Assembly: GCA_963817525.1 (NCBI GenBank)
Contig: CAWFOU010000001.1
Location: forward strand, 992,001 to 1,056,000
From: an uncultured archaeon
GTDB lineage: Archaea; Thermoproteota; Nitrososphaeria; Nitrososphaerales; Gagatemarchaeaceae
Reading direction: 5' to 3'
DNA: 64,000 nt
The notes below the pieces were generated by a model. The model saw nothing but the letters and a program-made list of their open reading frames with translations, did not search any database and was not told the DNA's origin. Of this stretch, positions 46,381 to 55,400 are shown piece after piece. The translations under genes and the position numbers were made by a program. Every line of letters begins with the position of its first letter. Positions within the stretch are counted from its first letter, which is position 1.

Positions 46381-48657
46381 TTATCCGGCCTTGCGGCCGC
46401 GACGGATTACCACGTTGGCCACCGTCACTATAATGGCGAACGTGACCGCGGCGTAGGCGATGTCGTTCAGCGGCAGGTTGGATGACACCGCCACCACGCT
46501 CGTGGAGACGGAAGTCGTGCCGTTGCCTATCCCCGTTCCGAGTGTGAACGCCATCAAGGCACCCGGCTGGGTCTGGGACCCTCCGACATCGCCATCATAC
46601 AGCCACCTCCCTCCTCCGATTATCTGGTAGAGATACCATTCACCGTTGGCTGCCTGACCTATGGTCGGGTCGACAAAGAGGGGGGAGCCGATGTAGAGCT
46701 TGTGAATCGTCTTGCCGGTGGCAGCGTTGAGGAAGAGCTCCGTCCCGTTACCCGTGGGAACTATGAGCATGCCGTTGGTGTAGGTCATCCCCCCCCTGAA
46801 CACCGTGTTAGGGATGAAGACGCTCCACTCCGGCTTGCCGGTGTTCGCGTTGATTGCGGCAATCGTGGTATTGTCAGGCCAGTTTAGCGTCCTCAGGGCG
46901 TTTGCGTACTGCGTGCTGTTGTCGATGTCGTAGACGATCGGAGCGCTGTTGAACCAGGCCCCGAAGATGGTGTTTCCGTTGTAGGCGATGTCGCTCTCGA
47001 GCGCGCCACCTAGGCCCGGTGACTGAATCCACGAAGCGTTGGGGTAGTCAGGCCACGGCGTCATCATCTGGGTCGCGTTCGTAGGATCGTAAGGCAGCGA
47101 GCCCGGCTCGTACTTTACTGCGGGGTTGATGTAGACCCAGTTGGGGGCTCCGGTCGCCGCGTTGAGGGAGAAGAGTAGACCTTCCTTGTCCGCCTTGAAT
47201 ATCGCGGTCGTCCCGTTAACGTTGCCGATCACGGAGTTCCACGACGCGTCCTGGTCGTTCAGGCCGTGCGGGAGCATCTGGAACCACCAAACGATCTTGC
47301 CTGTGCTCAAATCCACGGCCATCTCGGTCGACGAATAGAGGTTCAGGCCTGGCCTTTCGTTGGGGTTGGCTGGGCAGGTGGACCCGTAGCAGTACTCGAA
47401 CGGCCCTGCCTCGCCGGTCCCAAAGTACATGATGCCCGTCTTGTTATCGATAGCATACTGTCCCCAAGAAGTGGAGACTCCGGAGGCCGCGGCCTTCGGT
47501 ACACCCCAATCTCCGCCCGGATTGGTCGCGGTCGCGCCTATATCGGTCACGCTCTTCGGAATGGATGTGCACGGAATCGCCTTCGTGCCGTTGGCGACAT
47601 AGGCCGGGTAGTCGAACACCCATCCGACGCTGCACGCCTCGTTGTCCCAGTTGGAGTCCCCCGTGCTGGGCGGCTGCAGGAACACCTGCCACATCACCCC
47701 TTGGCCAGGCGTCTCGGGGGCGCACGTCCCCTCCAAGGTCCCCACCGTGTAGCTCTCGGAGTTGCCGGGGGCGCAGGCGGCGTTGAAGCCCTTCGCTCCA
47801 GCGGCGAGCACGGCCGACGCGTTGAAAGCGGTCAGGAAGGTCCTCCCTCCCATGTCCGTGTATCCTCCCATCACATAGACCAGCAGGCCATTGTAGTATT
47901 CAGGCGGGTCGGAAGTGTATGTCGCCGGATAAGCGCCTCCACCGTTGCCGGGGACGTTCACGCAGATGTTTGTGATGTGGTAGGCGACGTCGCCTGTGTC
48001 AGCGTTAAAGCCCCAGACCTCGCAGTCGAAGCCTGTGACGCTGATTATCCCTTGGTCGCCTATCGTAAAGTAGTTGATCCCGTGCTTGTGTTCGACGGGC
48101 GAGGCGCAGTCCGCAACAGGGTTGTTGTTTGCGGCGCACCAGAACGTGTCGTTGTAGCTGCATTCTGTTGCTGCGCAGGGGGTGATGTTCCCGTGCGAGA
48201 CCTGCGACTCGATGATCGGGACGTTGGCCAGGGCCGACTGGAAGTTCGTGGTTATCGCCTGGCTCCACACTTGTACTCCGTTCTCCGCGTTTAACGCGTA
48301 GACGACACCTTGGTTTGTGACGAAGTAAGCTATTCCCTGTACGATTATGGGAGGAGAGTCCGCACCAGGCTCGACCGCCCACTGTGCGCCGGGCGCCTGC
48401 GCCCAACTGGGGTCAGTCGCGGGCATCGGGATGGTCCAGTTCATGACTAGACTGCCCACGTTGCTGGGGCTGAAAGCAGTCTGCGGCGAGTCGTTCGTGC
48501 CGTTGAGATTGTAGTTTATCGTCTCCCAGTTCGCCCCCGCCGGGGAGGAGGACGCCTGCGCGTTCGCGGGGGTGGGAACCGCGAATACTCCCAGGATGCC
48601 TGAGATGACTAATATCGGCATTATGAATATCGCAGCGGAGCGATAACGTCCCAACAT
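46381..48657 (-). CDS. PQQ-dehydrogenase-like beta-propeller 3 (Cys-rich inserts, C-terminal TM)
   Basis: RPGLNLYSS..WWFQMLPHGLNDQD, KEG and GGALESDIAY (shared with paralog 2). Confidence 0.85.
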   Translation of the reverse strand: MLGRYRSAAIFIMPILVISGILGVFAVPTPANAQASSSPAGANWETINYNLNGTNDSPQTAFSPSNVGSLVMNWTIPMPATDPSWAQAPGAQWAVEPGADSPPIIVQGIAYFVTNQGVVYALNAENGVQVWSQAITTNFQSALANVPIIESQVSHGNITPCAATECSYNDTFWCAANNNPVADCASPVEHKHGINYFTIGDQGIISVTGFDCEVWGFNADTGDVAYHITNICVNVPGNGGGAYPATYTSDPPEYYNGLLVYVMGGYTDMGGRTFLTAFNASAVLAAGAKGFNAACAPGNSESYTVGTLEGTCAPETPGQGVMWQVFLQPPSTGDSNWDNEACSVGWVFDYPAYVANGTKAIPCTSIPKSVTDIGATATNPGGDWGVPKAAASGVSTSWGQYAIDNKTGIMYFGTGEAGPFEYCYGSTCPANPNERPGLNLYSSTEMAVDLSTGKIVWWFQMLPHGLNDQDASWNSVIGNVNGTTAIFKADKEGLLFSLNAATGAPNWVYINPAVKYEPGSLPYDPTNATQMMTPWPDYPNASWIQSPGLGGALESDIAYNGNTIFGAWFNSAPIVYDIDNSTQYANALRTLNWPDNTTIAAINANTGKPEWSVFIPNTVFRGGMTYTNGMLIVPTGNGTELFLNAATGKTIHKLYIGSPLFVDPTIGQAANGEWYLYQIIGGGRWLYDGDVGGSQTQPGALMAFTLGTGIGNGTTSVSTSVVAVSSNLPLNDIAYAAVTFAIIVTVANVVIRRGRKAG

Positions 48658-48879
48658 CTTCGGTTTGATTTTTCCGCATTATATAGTTTCTTTGAGGTCC
48701 GAGTTTCACACGCGTCGGCGAAAGATGAATCGCGGCGAGTTTTGGCCTCGAGAGATCAGGTCATCACCGCCGAAGGCCCGGAGCTCTTCTCCAGAATGGA
48801 CGGGCTACGGAGCCTCCAGACTTTCTGAACTACTTGCCCTCTGGGCCGCCGATGCACCGGCTGGGGGAAGTCCGTCCGC

Positions 48880-49683
48880 TCAGGAGTGGGGCCGTTTCCT
48901 GATCTTTATGACGCCGAAGGCGAGGATCCCGAACAGGAACGCGTAGACTGAGGCGGCTACGTATGGCCCTGCGTGCCACTCGAAGCTCTTCTCAGAGACC
49001 AGGTTCGGGTTCTGTCCTTCCTTCATCGCCGTCCACTGGGGGAAGGTCGTGGCCGAGACGGGGTATTGTTCGGTGAACGCCACGTAATTCCAGTTCTCCT
49101 TGACAATCTGCCACTGCCCGCCCACGTAGTTCCAGACCTGGTTCGCGTCGACGGTGATGGCTAGATTACCCACCACCGTGCTGACCCCCTTTTGGAATAG
49201 TGTAAGAGTGACGTTGTACGCGTCGGGGCTCAGCTCCTTGGCGACCACGTTCGATATAGACGCGTTCAGAGACGTTGTCTTGCCTATAGTAGATCCATAG
49301 AGGATCCTGATGTTTCCCTGGCCGTTGTAGGTTCCGGCGAGGCCCGACGCAGACGACCCGGCCCAGACGACTGCCGCGTCCTGCGAATAGAAATTGCCTA
49401 GAGCAGCCACGTTACGGTCGTTAAAGTCGGCCACCCATTGAGTGACTGCTGCCGAAACGTTGGTCGACGGCGTGACGCAGCTGGACGAGGGAGTAGAGCA
49501 GTATATCGTGGAAGACGCGCCTGACGCCACACTGGTTGTTGCGCCTGAGGACGATGACGCCTTCGGCAGGAAGACCAGTTCGACTGCGACGCCGATCGCG
49601 ACGAACACCACGACCGCTATCGCGAGGGCCGATATGGCGAGGCGTCCGCCAGGGGTGCGCACGGAGCGGGTAAAGTTGGTCAT
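48880..49683 (-). CDS. Surface NTF2/SnoaL-like protein with N- and C-terminal TMs
   Basis: FNDRNVAALGNFYSQDA..Y.G...IR..GQWQIVKENW. Confidence 0.75.
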   Translation of the reverse strand: MTNFTRSVRTPGGRLAISALAIAVVVFVAIGVAVELVFLPKASSSSGATTSVASGASSTIYCSTPSSSCVTPSTNVSAAVTQWVADFNDRNVAALGNFYSQDAAVVWAGSSASGLAGTYNGQGNIRILYGSTIGKTTSLNASISNVVAKELSPDAYNVTLTLFQKGVSTVVGNLAITVDANQVWNYVGGQWQIVKENWNYVAFTEQYPVSATTFPQWTAMKEGQNPNLVSEKSFEWHAGPYVAASVYAFLFGILAFGVIKIRKRPHS

Positions 49684-49756
49684 GTGTGCGATACCTCTCC
49701 AAAAGGTAAAACGGGCAGTATTAACCCTTGCTTCCGTATGTCGAGGCCTCTCATGG

Positions 49757-50353
49757 TTATGCGCTTCCCGAGGATTTTGAGTTGACGTAGTTCAGTACGC
49801 CCAATAGGATGCTTAGGAGCGCGATGACTATGAAGGCCGCCTCGATGACGACGGGCATGTCGTTGAAGACCGATGTGGAGCTGTTGGAGAGAGGCGGGAA
49901 GATGTCGACGGAAATCGCTTCCGCGGCAACAGCCGCTCCTCCGCCTGTTGCAATCACGCCTCCTCCGACGTAGCCAACCGCCGCCATGCAGGCAGTCGCG
50001 CCCAGTACGCCGACTTCGAACAGGAGGATTTGTGCTCGGGAGAAGAAGCTGTTGATCTCGGTCTTTCCGCGCAGCATGTCGCCCAGATAGAAGAGCGCAG
50101 CCCATCCGAACGAGCCGAGTACCCCCACGATGAGCCAAGTGAAGTATCCTATGAAGAGCCAGGTGCCCGGCCAGCTTGTGACCATGTTGTCGTGGCAGCC
50201 GAACATTCCAGGTGAGACGGAGACGCAGAGGTACGGGTCGAGGATGATTGCCGAAAAGATAACAGAAAGGACGACGTTGAAGGTCCCGAGAGCGAGGAAC
50301 CTTTTTGCCAGGTCGGTTGTCTTCATCGTCCCAGATAGGAAGGGAATTTTCAT
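49757..50353 (-). CDS. Membrane protein, WPG family paralog 2
   Basis: WPGTWLFIGYFTWLIVGVLG..W..FEVGV..GYVGG. Confidence 0.78.
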   Translation of the reverse strand: MKIPFLSGTMKTTDLAKRFLALGTFNVVLSVIFSAIILDPYLCVSVSPGMFGCHDNMVTSWPGTWLFIGYFTWLIVGVLGSFGWAALFYLGDMLRGKTEINSFFSRAQILLFEVGVLGATACMAAVGYVGGGVIATGGGAAVAAEAISVDIFPPLSNSSTSVFNDMPVVIEAAFIVIALLSILLGVLNYVNSKSSGSA

Positions 50354-50489
50354 GTTCGGAGTCTCCGTTCAAAACAGTTCAAAGGAAAGCTACTTTCCAA
50401 TTGCTTAGAGCTACGCTTCGATGTCAAATTATTAAAGCATTACCTAAATTCGGCGCACGACGAGCTTCCTAAGTTATCTGGGGGGGCCG

Positions 50490-51212
50490 GTGGGACTCTT
50501 GCGGGAAACCGAGACTCGACGTGGCGAGTATGCCGTTAAATACGCCGTTCCATCGGCGAACGACGTGGCTTCGCTCAGCTTGGACAAGCTGGTCAGGTAC
50601 TTCGTCTACCTGACGATATTCAATGTATGCGCGGCTATCGCGTTCACCACGCCTGTGATCATCCCCCAGCTGGCGTTCCCCCTCAAGCTCACGGTCTGGC
50701 CGGGAACGTGGATGTTCATCGCTTACTTCGTCTTCCTCATCGTCGGCGTCCTAGGTACCCTGGGGTGGGCGGTGTTGCTCGACCTCATCAGGCGGATTAC
50801 GGGGGCCAAGTCCTGCGACAAGTTCCTCGCCATCACCAGCATCGTGCTCATCGAGGTCCCCGTCTACACGCAGACTAGCCTGATGTTCACCGCGGGGTAC
50901 GTAGGCGGGACCTACGCCTTCGCCACGCAGGTCGGGTCGGCCCTCATCACATACATCATAGGCCCCCTTGTCATCCCGATAGGCGTGTCCATCTTCATCT
51001 ATTGCATCGGCACGCTCCTCGGCCTCATGAACGTCGTGTTCATCTTCACAGACGGTTCGAGGTCCTCAGCCGCGGACGCTGCGGCTGTCTCCGGGACGGC
51101 CCCTTCGCCGCCTAGCCAGGGCGGCCCGCACATGCTGACGGAGATCGGCCAGAACCTGAATGTGGCGTCCGCCAGGATGCGAGGCCTCGGCAGAATCCTA
51201 AAAAAGGTCTGA
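50490..51212 (+). CDS. Membrane protein, WPG family paralog 3
   Basis: WPGTWMFIAYFVFLIVGVLG..W..IEVPV..GYVGG. Confidence 0.78.
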   Translation: MGLLRETETRRGEYAVKYAVPSANDVASLSLDKLVRYFVYLTIFNVCAAIAFTTPVIIPQLAFPLKLTVWPGTWMFIAYFVFLIVGVLGTLGWAVLLDLIRRITGAKSCDKFLAITSIVLIEVPVYTQTSLMFTAGYVGGTYAFATQVGSALITYIIGPLVIPIGVSIFIYCIGTLLGLMNVVFIFTDGSRSSAADAAAVSGTAPSPPSQGGPHMLTEIGQNLNVASARMRGLGRILKKV

Positions 51213-51227
51213 CGGAGGTTCTAGAGT

Positions 51228-51440
51228 GTGTCATCGACCTCCGTGTTTCGGAACCCAGCCCTGTATTGGGCTATCTCGGCTGGGACCCTTCTGGCGGGGT
51301 CGAGCTTCATCTACGTGTCTATCAAGGCCCCCTTCTTCTGGGGAGGAATCTACGTTCCCGGCATAATCCTGCTCAACGTGTGGGCGCTGAGCACGATCGC
51401 CGGGGCCTGGGTATACCTAAGGCGCAAGCAAGGGAACTAA
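51228..51440 (+). CDS. Small 2-TM protein
   Basis: Two hydrophobic helices and a basic tail, 15 nt after the previous gene. Confidence 0.6.
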   Translation: MSSTSVFRNPALYWAISAGTLLAGSSFIYVSIKAPFFWGGIYVPGIILLNVWALSTIAGAWVYLRRKQGN

Positions 51441-51488
51441 GAACCGCGCCGGCCCAAACAAAGTCCGTCTCCCCATGGGAGATCTAGG

Positions 51489-52253
51489 TCAGCCCGACAC
51501 TGTGATCTGGGCGGTCATCGAGGACCCCTGCTGGGCGCTCTCATACTGGACAGTCCCTGTGGTGGTGAAGGTATACCCCCAAATGTCGTACTGCCCGAGG
51601 TCGCCCGTGCCTGAGGAGAACGAGTGATTCAGCGCGGTGACGTCGTGCATGTCGGGGCCGAGGTCTGGGCTCGACGACGGGTCGAGGTCGATCCAGTACA
51701 CCTTGGTACCCGTTGACACCGTTAGGGAGTTCGGATGGAACGCGTTGCCCTGGATGAGGACGAGGGCCGGGACGCTCATGATGGGGAAGGACTGCGGGAA
51801 GACGCTCGTGCCCGCCGTCGCCACGACATCAATCGTCCCGTTGACGACGGCTGCACTGCTGGCAGCGCTCAAGGTCACCGTGACGGAGCTGGAAAGCTGG
51901 CTTGGGAAATCGACCGAGCTCGGAGAGAAGGTCGCCGAGACCCCTGTTGGGAGGCCCGACGCCGATAGAGTGTAATTGCCCGAGACCGTTCCTATCGCTG
52001 CAAACTGCAACGTGACGCTCGCGTTCACGTCAGGCGCGACAATGAGAGGCTGCGCGATCTTGAGCGTGAGAGTCCCCGTGGAGGGCGGCGCGCTCGTGGA
52101 ACTCGACGCGGTAGTGGAGCTTGAGGTAAGTATCGAGGAGGTCGTCGACGACTTTGAGACTGCCGGTATCTCGACATAGAACGCCGCCGCGATGACGAGG
52201 ACCACGACAACAAGGACTATCTGTCCGCTGACGCCTCGCCGCTGCCGCTTCAA
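51489..52253 (-). CDS. Surface protein with Ig-like plus degenerate plastocyanin domain (paralog of 26752-28167)
   Basis: TTG start gives RRG|VSGQIVLV (class III-like signal); FHPNSLTV..VYW..MHDV..YTFTTTG..YES..MTAQITV. Confidence 0.75.
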   Translation of the reverse strand: MKRQRRGVSGQIVLVVVVLVIAAAFYVEIPAVSKSSTTSSILTSSSTTASSSTSAPPSTGTLTLKIAQPLIVAPDVNASVTLQFAAIGTVSGNYTLSASGLPTGVSATFSPSSVDFPSQLSSSVTVTLSAASSAAVVNGTIDVVATAGTSVFPQSFPIMSVPALVLIQGNAFHPNSLTVSTGTKVYWIDLDPSSSPDLGPDMHDVTALNHSFSSGTGDLGQYDIWGYTFTTTGTVQYESAQQGSSMTAQITVSG

Positions 52254-52361
52254 ACAGCAACACCCTCGGTCCGCAGAATTTATCTCTTTCCCGAAGACAG
52301 CGGAGTTTAGGCCGGGAGCCGGTCTGACGCTTGCCGCGACCTCTTCGCGCATTTCGTTTGG

Positions 52362-52805
52362 CTAGCCGCCCGCGGTGGCAGGCACTAGGTCGACCACGTC
52401 CCCGTCCTTCATGGGGGTGGCAGGGCGCCCTGGGACTCCGTTCACCGACATTATCATGGTGGGGATCATCGCCGAGATGACTGGGTGCTTCTCGACCACG
52501 TCGTCGAGTAGGTCCTTGAAGTAAGCGGGGCTCTCGAGGACGAAGAGGTCCTGCTTGGTGCTTGTGACGGCCAAGGGCATTCCGAAGTATACCACCTTGA
52601 CCGTGACCGAGCCGCCGGGGAGGGTGGTCGATGCCCCGCCGGAAGCCGAGGACGTCTTTGGGGCGTTCGCGGCCGGCGAGCCCGAGGGATTGCCCCTGGC
52701 CAGCCTTTCGGCCCCAAGAATCGCGGCCACACCAAGGACAGAGAAAAGCAACCCTGACCGCAACATTCGACGCCTGGAAGCGGCCTTCTCCGCCTCGGAA
52801 GACAA
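52362..52805 (-). CDS. MoaD/ThiS/SAMP ubiquitin-like protein with N-terminal twin-arginine/TM extension
   Basis: SRRRMLR plus a hydrophobic stretch; VKVVYFG..SVNG..DGDVVDLVPATAGG. Confidence 0.85.
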   Translation of the reverse strand: MSSEAEKAASRRRMLRSGLLFSVLGVAAILGAERLARGNPSGSPAANAPKTSSASGGASTTLPGGSVTVKVVYFGMPLAVTSTKQDLFVLESPAYFKDLLDDVVEKHPVISAMIPTMIMSVNGVPGRPATPMKDGDVVDLVPATAGG

Positions 52806-52830
52806 CGACGCTTAGACGGCTTTCAGGGCA

Positions 52831-53760
52831 TTAAGGATTGCGGGCTGACGCGAGGATCGCCTTGTCGGGAACTGGCGCTACCGGTGGGCTCCCCGCGTCG
52901 TCCGAATACAGCGACCTCGCGTTCCAGAACGCCAATATCACCACGACGAGAAAGACGATGAGGACCCCGATGACGTATCCGGGGTTGTATTCCTCCAGCG
53001 TCGGGTTTCCGGGCGGGATCTTTGGGCCGATGCTGAGGAAGAAGTTGGCGACCTCAGAGGAGGCGTGGGTCAGCGCGATGAGGAAGACCCCGAGCGATAT
53101 TATCAGGAGACCGGTCGCGTTCGCGTCTTTCCTGCTCCCGCCTGGACCGGCGAGCGTTGGTGAGCCCTGCTCCGCCCGTTTTCGGCCGGTCAAGCTCAAG
53201 ACCAAGAGCGCCACGCCCCCAGCGAGAAGCCCGTCCCCCACGGCACTTCCGACGACGCGAAGTACGAAGTCCGAGACGATGAAGGAGGTGGGATACAGGT
53301 AGAGGCCGTGGGTGAACCAAACCACGGGATACCAGAACATGGCGCACGCGATTCCGGCGAGGCCCACCGTCGGGAGGTCGTACCTCCTGTATCGGAAGGA
53401 CGCGAACACGATGTCCGCTCCGAGGCCTGGGATTCCGTAGAGGAGGTGAGGGTCGTGAGTGCCGTTCGCAAAGACCTGGCAGAGGCCGTTTATCGTCAGG
53501 GCTATTGTTCCCGCGGCAGGCTTCCTCACGAGGAAGGCCGCGAGGACCGCCCCGTACTCTAGCCAGGTCTCCAGTAGGTCGCCGAACACTGGCCCGCCGG
53601 TCTTGAAGGCGAGATAGTCGTTGAGCAGCACCAGCGTGCGGTTGTGCGCGACGACCGCGAATTCCAGAGTCTCCACCCTGCCGTCGAGGAGGCCGGTGAC
53701 GAGCCCCACGGCGACGATTATTGCGAACTCCTTTGTGGAGAAGAAGAGGATTCTCCGCAA
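52831..53760 (-). CDS. ECF transporter S-component-like membrane protein
   Basis: FLVRKPAAG and GLGADIVFASFRYRRY (YkoE-like); extra C-terminal TMs; start uncertain. Confidence 0.65.
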   Translation of the reverse strand: MRRILFFSTKEFAIIVAVGLVTGLLDGRVETLEFAVVAHNRTLVLLNDYLAFKTGGPVFGDLLETWLEYGAVLAAFLVRKPAAGTIALTINGLCQVFANGTHDPHLLYGIPGLGADIVFASFRYRRYDLPTVGLAGIACAMFWYPVVWFTHGLYLYPTSFIVSDFVLRVVGSAVGDGLLAGGVALLVLSLTGRKRAEQGSPTLAGPGGSRKDANATGLLIISLGVFLIALTHASSEVANFFLSIGPKIPPGNPTLEEYNPGYVIGVLIVFLVVVILAFWNARSLYSDDAGSPPVAPVPDKAILASARNP

Positions 53761-53951
53761 CTGTCTCGACCTGCTCCTCCAGCATGGTCGTCCGGTCTCC
53801 GCCAATATGAGGCTTCTCGCAAACTGGACGTGCTCGCTCCAAGGTGCTGTCTCGCGAGGCAAGGAAAGGGAGGGGCCATTTCTGAACAGCGAACGCGGGA
53901 ATCAGCGGGGAAATCTTGGTACTGAGCTTCTTTGGCTGGGACGGGTGGTCC

Positions 53952-55139
53952 TCACCTGGTCGACTTGCTGCGCCTGAACCGGAGAAGCCCCAGTCCGATC
54001 AGTCCAGCGAGGATTGCTGCGTCGATGAAGACGAAGGCAATCTCAGTGGGGTTGCCCGGCACGCTTGGGGAGATGGTCGTCCTGGTCTCGGATGACGCGC
54101 TGGCAGTTGAGGAGGTCGCGGCGGCAAGAGGCGGAGGCTCGATGACCGAGACGGTCCCGTCGTCGACGTTTGAGACGAAGATCTGATTCGTAGACGCGTC
54201 GAATGCGATCCCAAACGGGCCGGCCCCTGTCACAATGTTTGCCACGGTGGCATTCGCCGTGTCGGAGATCACGGAGAGCGCGTCGCTCCCAGAGTCAGCC
54301 ACGAAGACCTCGCCGGATGGGTCATACGCCGCAGAGACCGGATCTATCCCTAGGCCAGCGGAGACTACATCGAGGACGGAGTCGGTTGCGTCGGAGATTA
54401 CGTCGACGCCGTCGGACAGGTCATTGACCACGAAGACCTCATCCTTTGATGAATCGTAGGCCAGCCCTGCTGGCCCGTCGCCGACGCTCACCGTTGCTAC
54501 CACCGAATCGTTGGTGTCGGAGATCACAGAGACGCTTTCGTTCCCGAAATTGGCTACGAACACCTCGCCTTTGGCAGAATCATAGGCGAGGCCCTGGGGG
54601 TCTGCCCCGACGCTGACCTTCGCGACGACCGAGTCATTGGAATCCGATATAACGGAGACCATGGAGGCGTCTCTATCCGAAACGAAGACCTCCCCTTTCG
54701 ACTGATCGTAGGCAAGGCCGTAGGCTCCGGGTAGGGCGTCCACAGTCGCGACCACTGCGTCCTTGGAGTCGGAGATGACCGAGATTGAGTTGCCGAGATG
54801 GTCGGCGACGAAGACCTGGCTAGTGGAGGGGTCGTAGACCAGGCCGAGGGGGTCCTGCCCCACTTGCACGGTCGAGACTACCGAGTCATTCGTATCAGAG
54901 ATGACAGATACAGAGTTGTTCGCACCGTTTGCCACGAAGACCTCTCCCCTGGAAGGATCGTATGCCAGCCCTGTCGGGCTGCCCTCCACGGTCACGGTAG
55001 CGGTCGTCGTCTGGCCGCGCACATGAGTTGGGACGAGGGTCATCTGGATAACGGCCACCGCAAGCAGGACGAGCGTGGCCGCCGCGAGATTGCTGCGAAG
55101 CCTCCGCATTCTGAACGGACCCAATTTCCACCGAGGCAT
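53952..55139 (-). CDS. YncE/YVTN-repeat beta-propeller surface protein
   Basis: Seven ~42-aa repeats P.GLAYD...EVFV..SVSVISD; signal peptide and C-terminal TM. Confidence 0.9.
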   Translation of the reverse strand: MPRWKLGPFRMRRLRSNLAAATLVLLAVAVIQMTLVPTHVRGQTTTATVTVEGSPTGLAYDPSRGEVFVANGANNSVSVISDTNDSVVSTVQVGQDPLGLVYDPSTSQVFVADHLGNSISVISDSKDAVVATVDALPGAYGLAYDQSKGEVFVSDRDASMVSVISDSNDSVVAKVSVGADPQGLAYDSAKGEVFVANFGNESVSVISDTNDSVVATVSVGDGPAGLAYDSSKDEVFVVNDLSDGVDVISDATDSVLDVVSAGLGIDPVSAAYDPSGEVFVADSGSDALSVISDTANATVANIVTGAGPFGIAFDASTNQIFVSNVDDGTVSVIEPPPLAAATSSTASASSETRTTISPSVPGNPTEIAFVFIDAAILAGLIGLGLLRFRRSKSTR

Positions 55140-55400
55140 ATATCTTGTCCGAGGTTGCGCGCACCCAGACGAGGCTTGAGGAGGCGTCAGGGTCGGACGG
55201 GGGAGCGAGGTTCGTCCTTACCGACGGAAAAATCGAAGTACCAAGGGCCGCTCCGAGAACCCGCTCGACCCTGTTTGGGAAAAGGGCCGTCCTTTGTCCG
55301 AAAGCAGGGTGCAATAGCGGGAGTTTTCGCGGCCCTCGTCTGCTTCGCTATCGCCGGTGAGTTCGACATTCGAGTGACGGCCACTCAGCTGGGCACGCGG

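Noticed and set aside
54150-55000. Periodic DNA repeats suggesting an array
   Set aside because: Explained by YVTN protein repeats. No CRISPR repeat-spacer array or cas gene was seen in the window.
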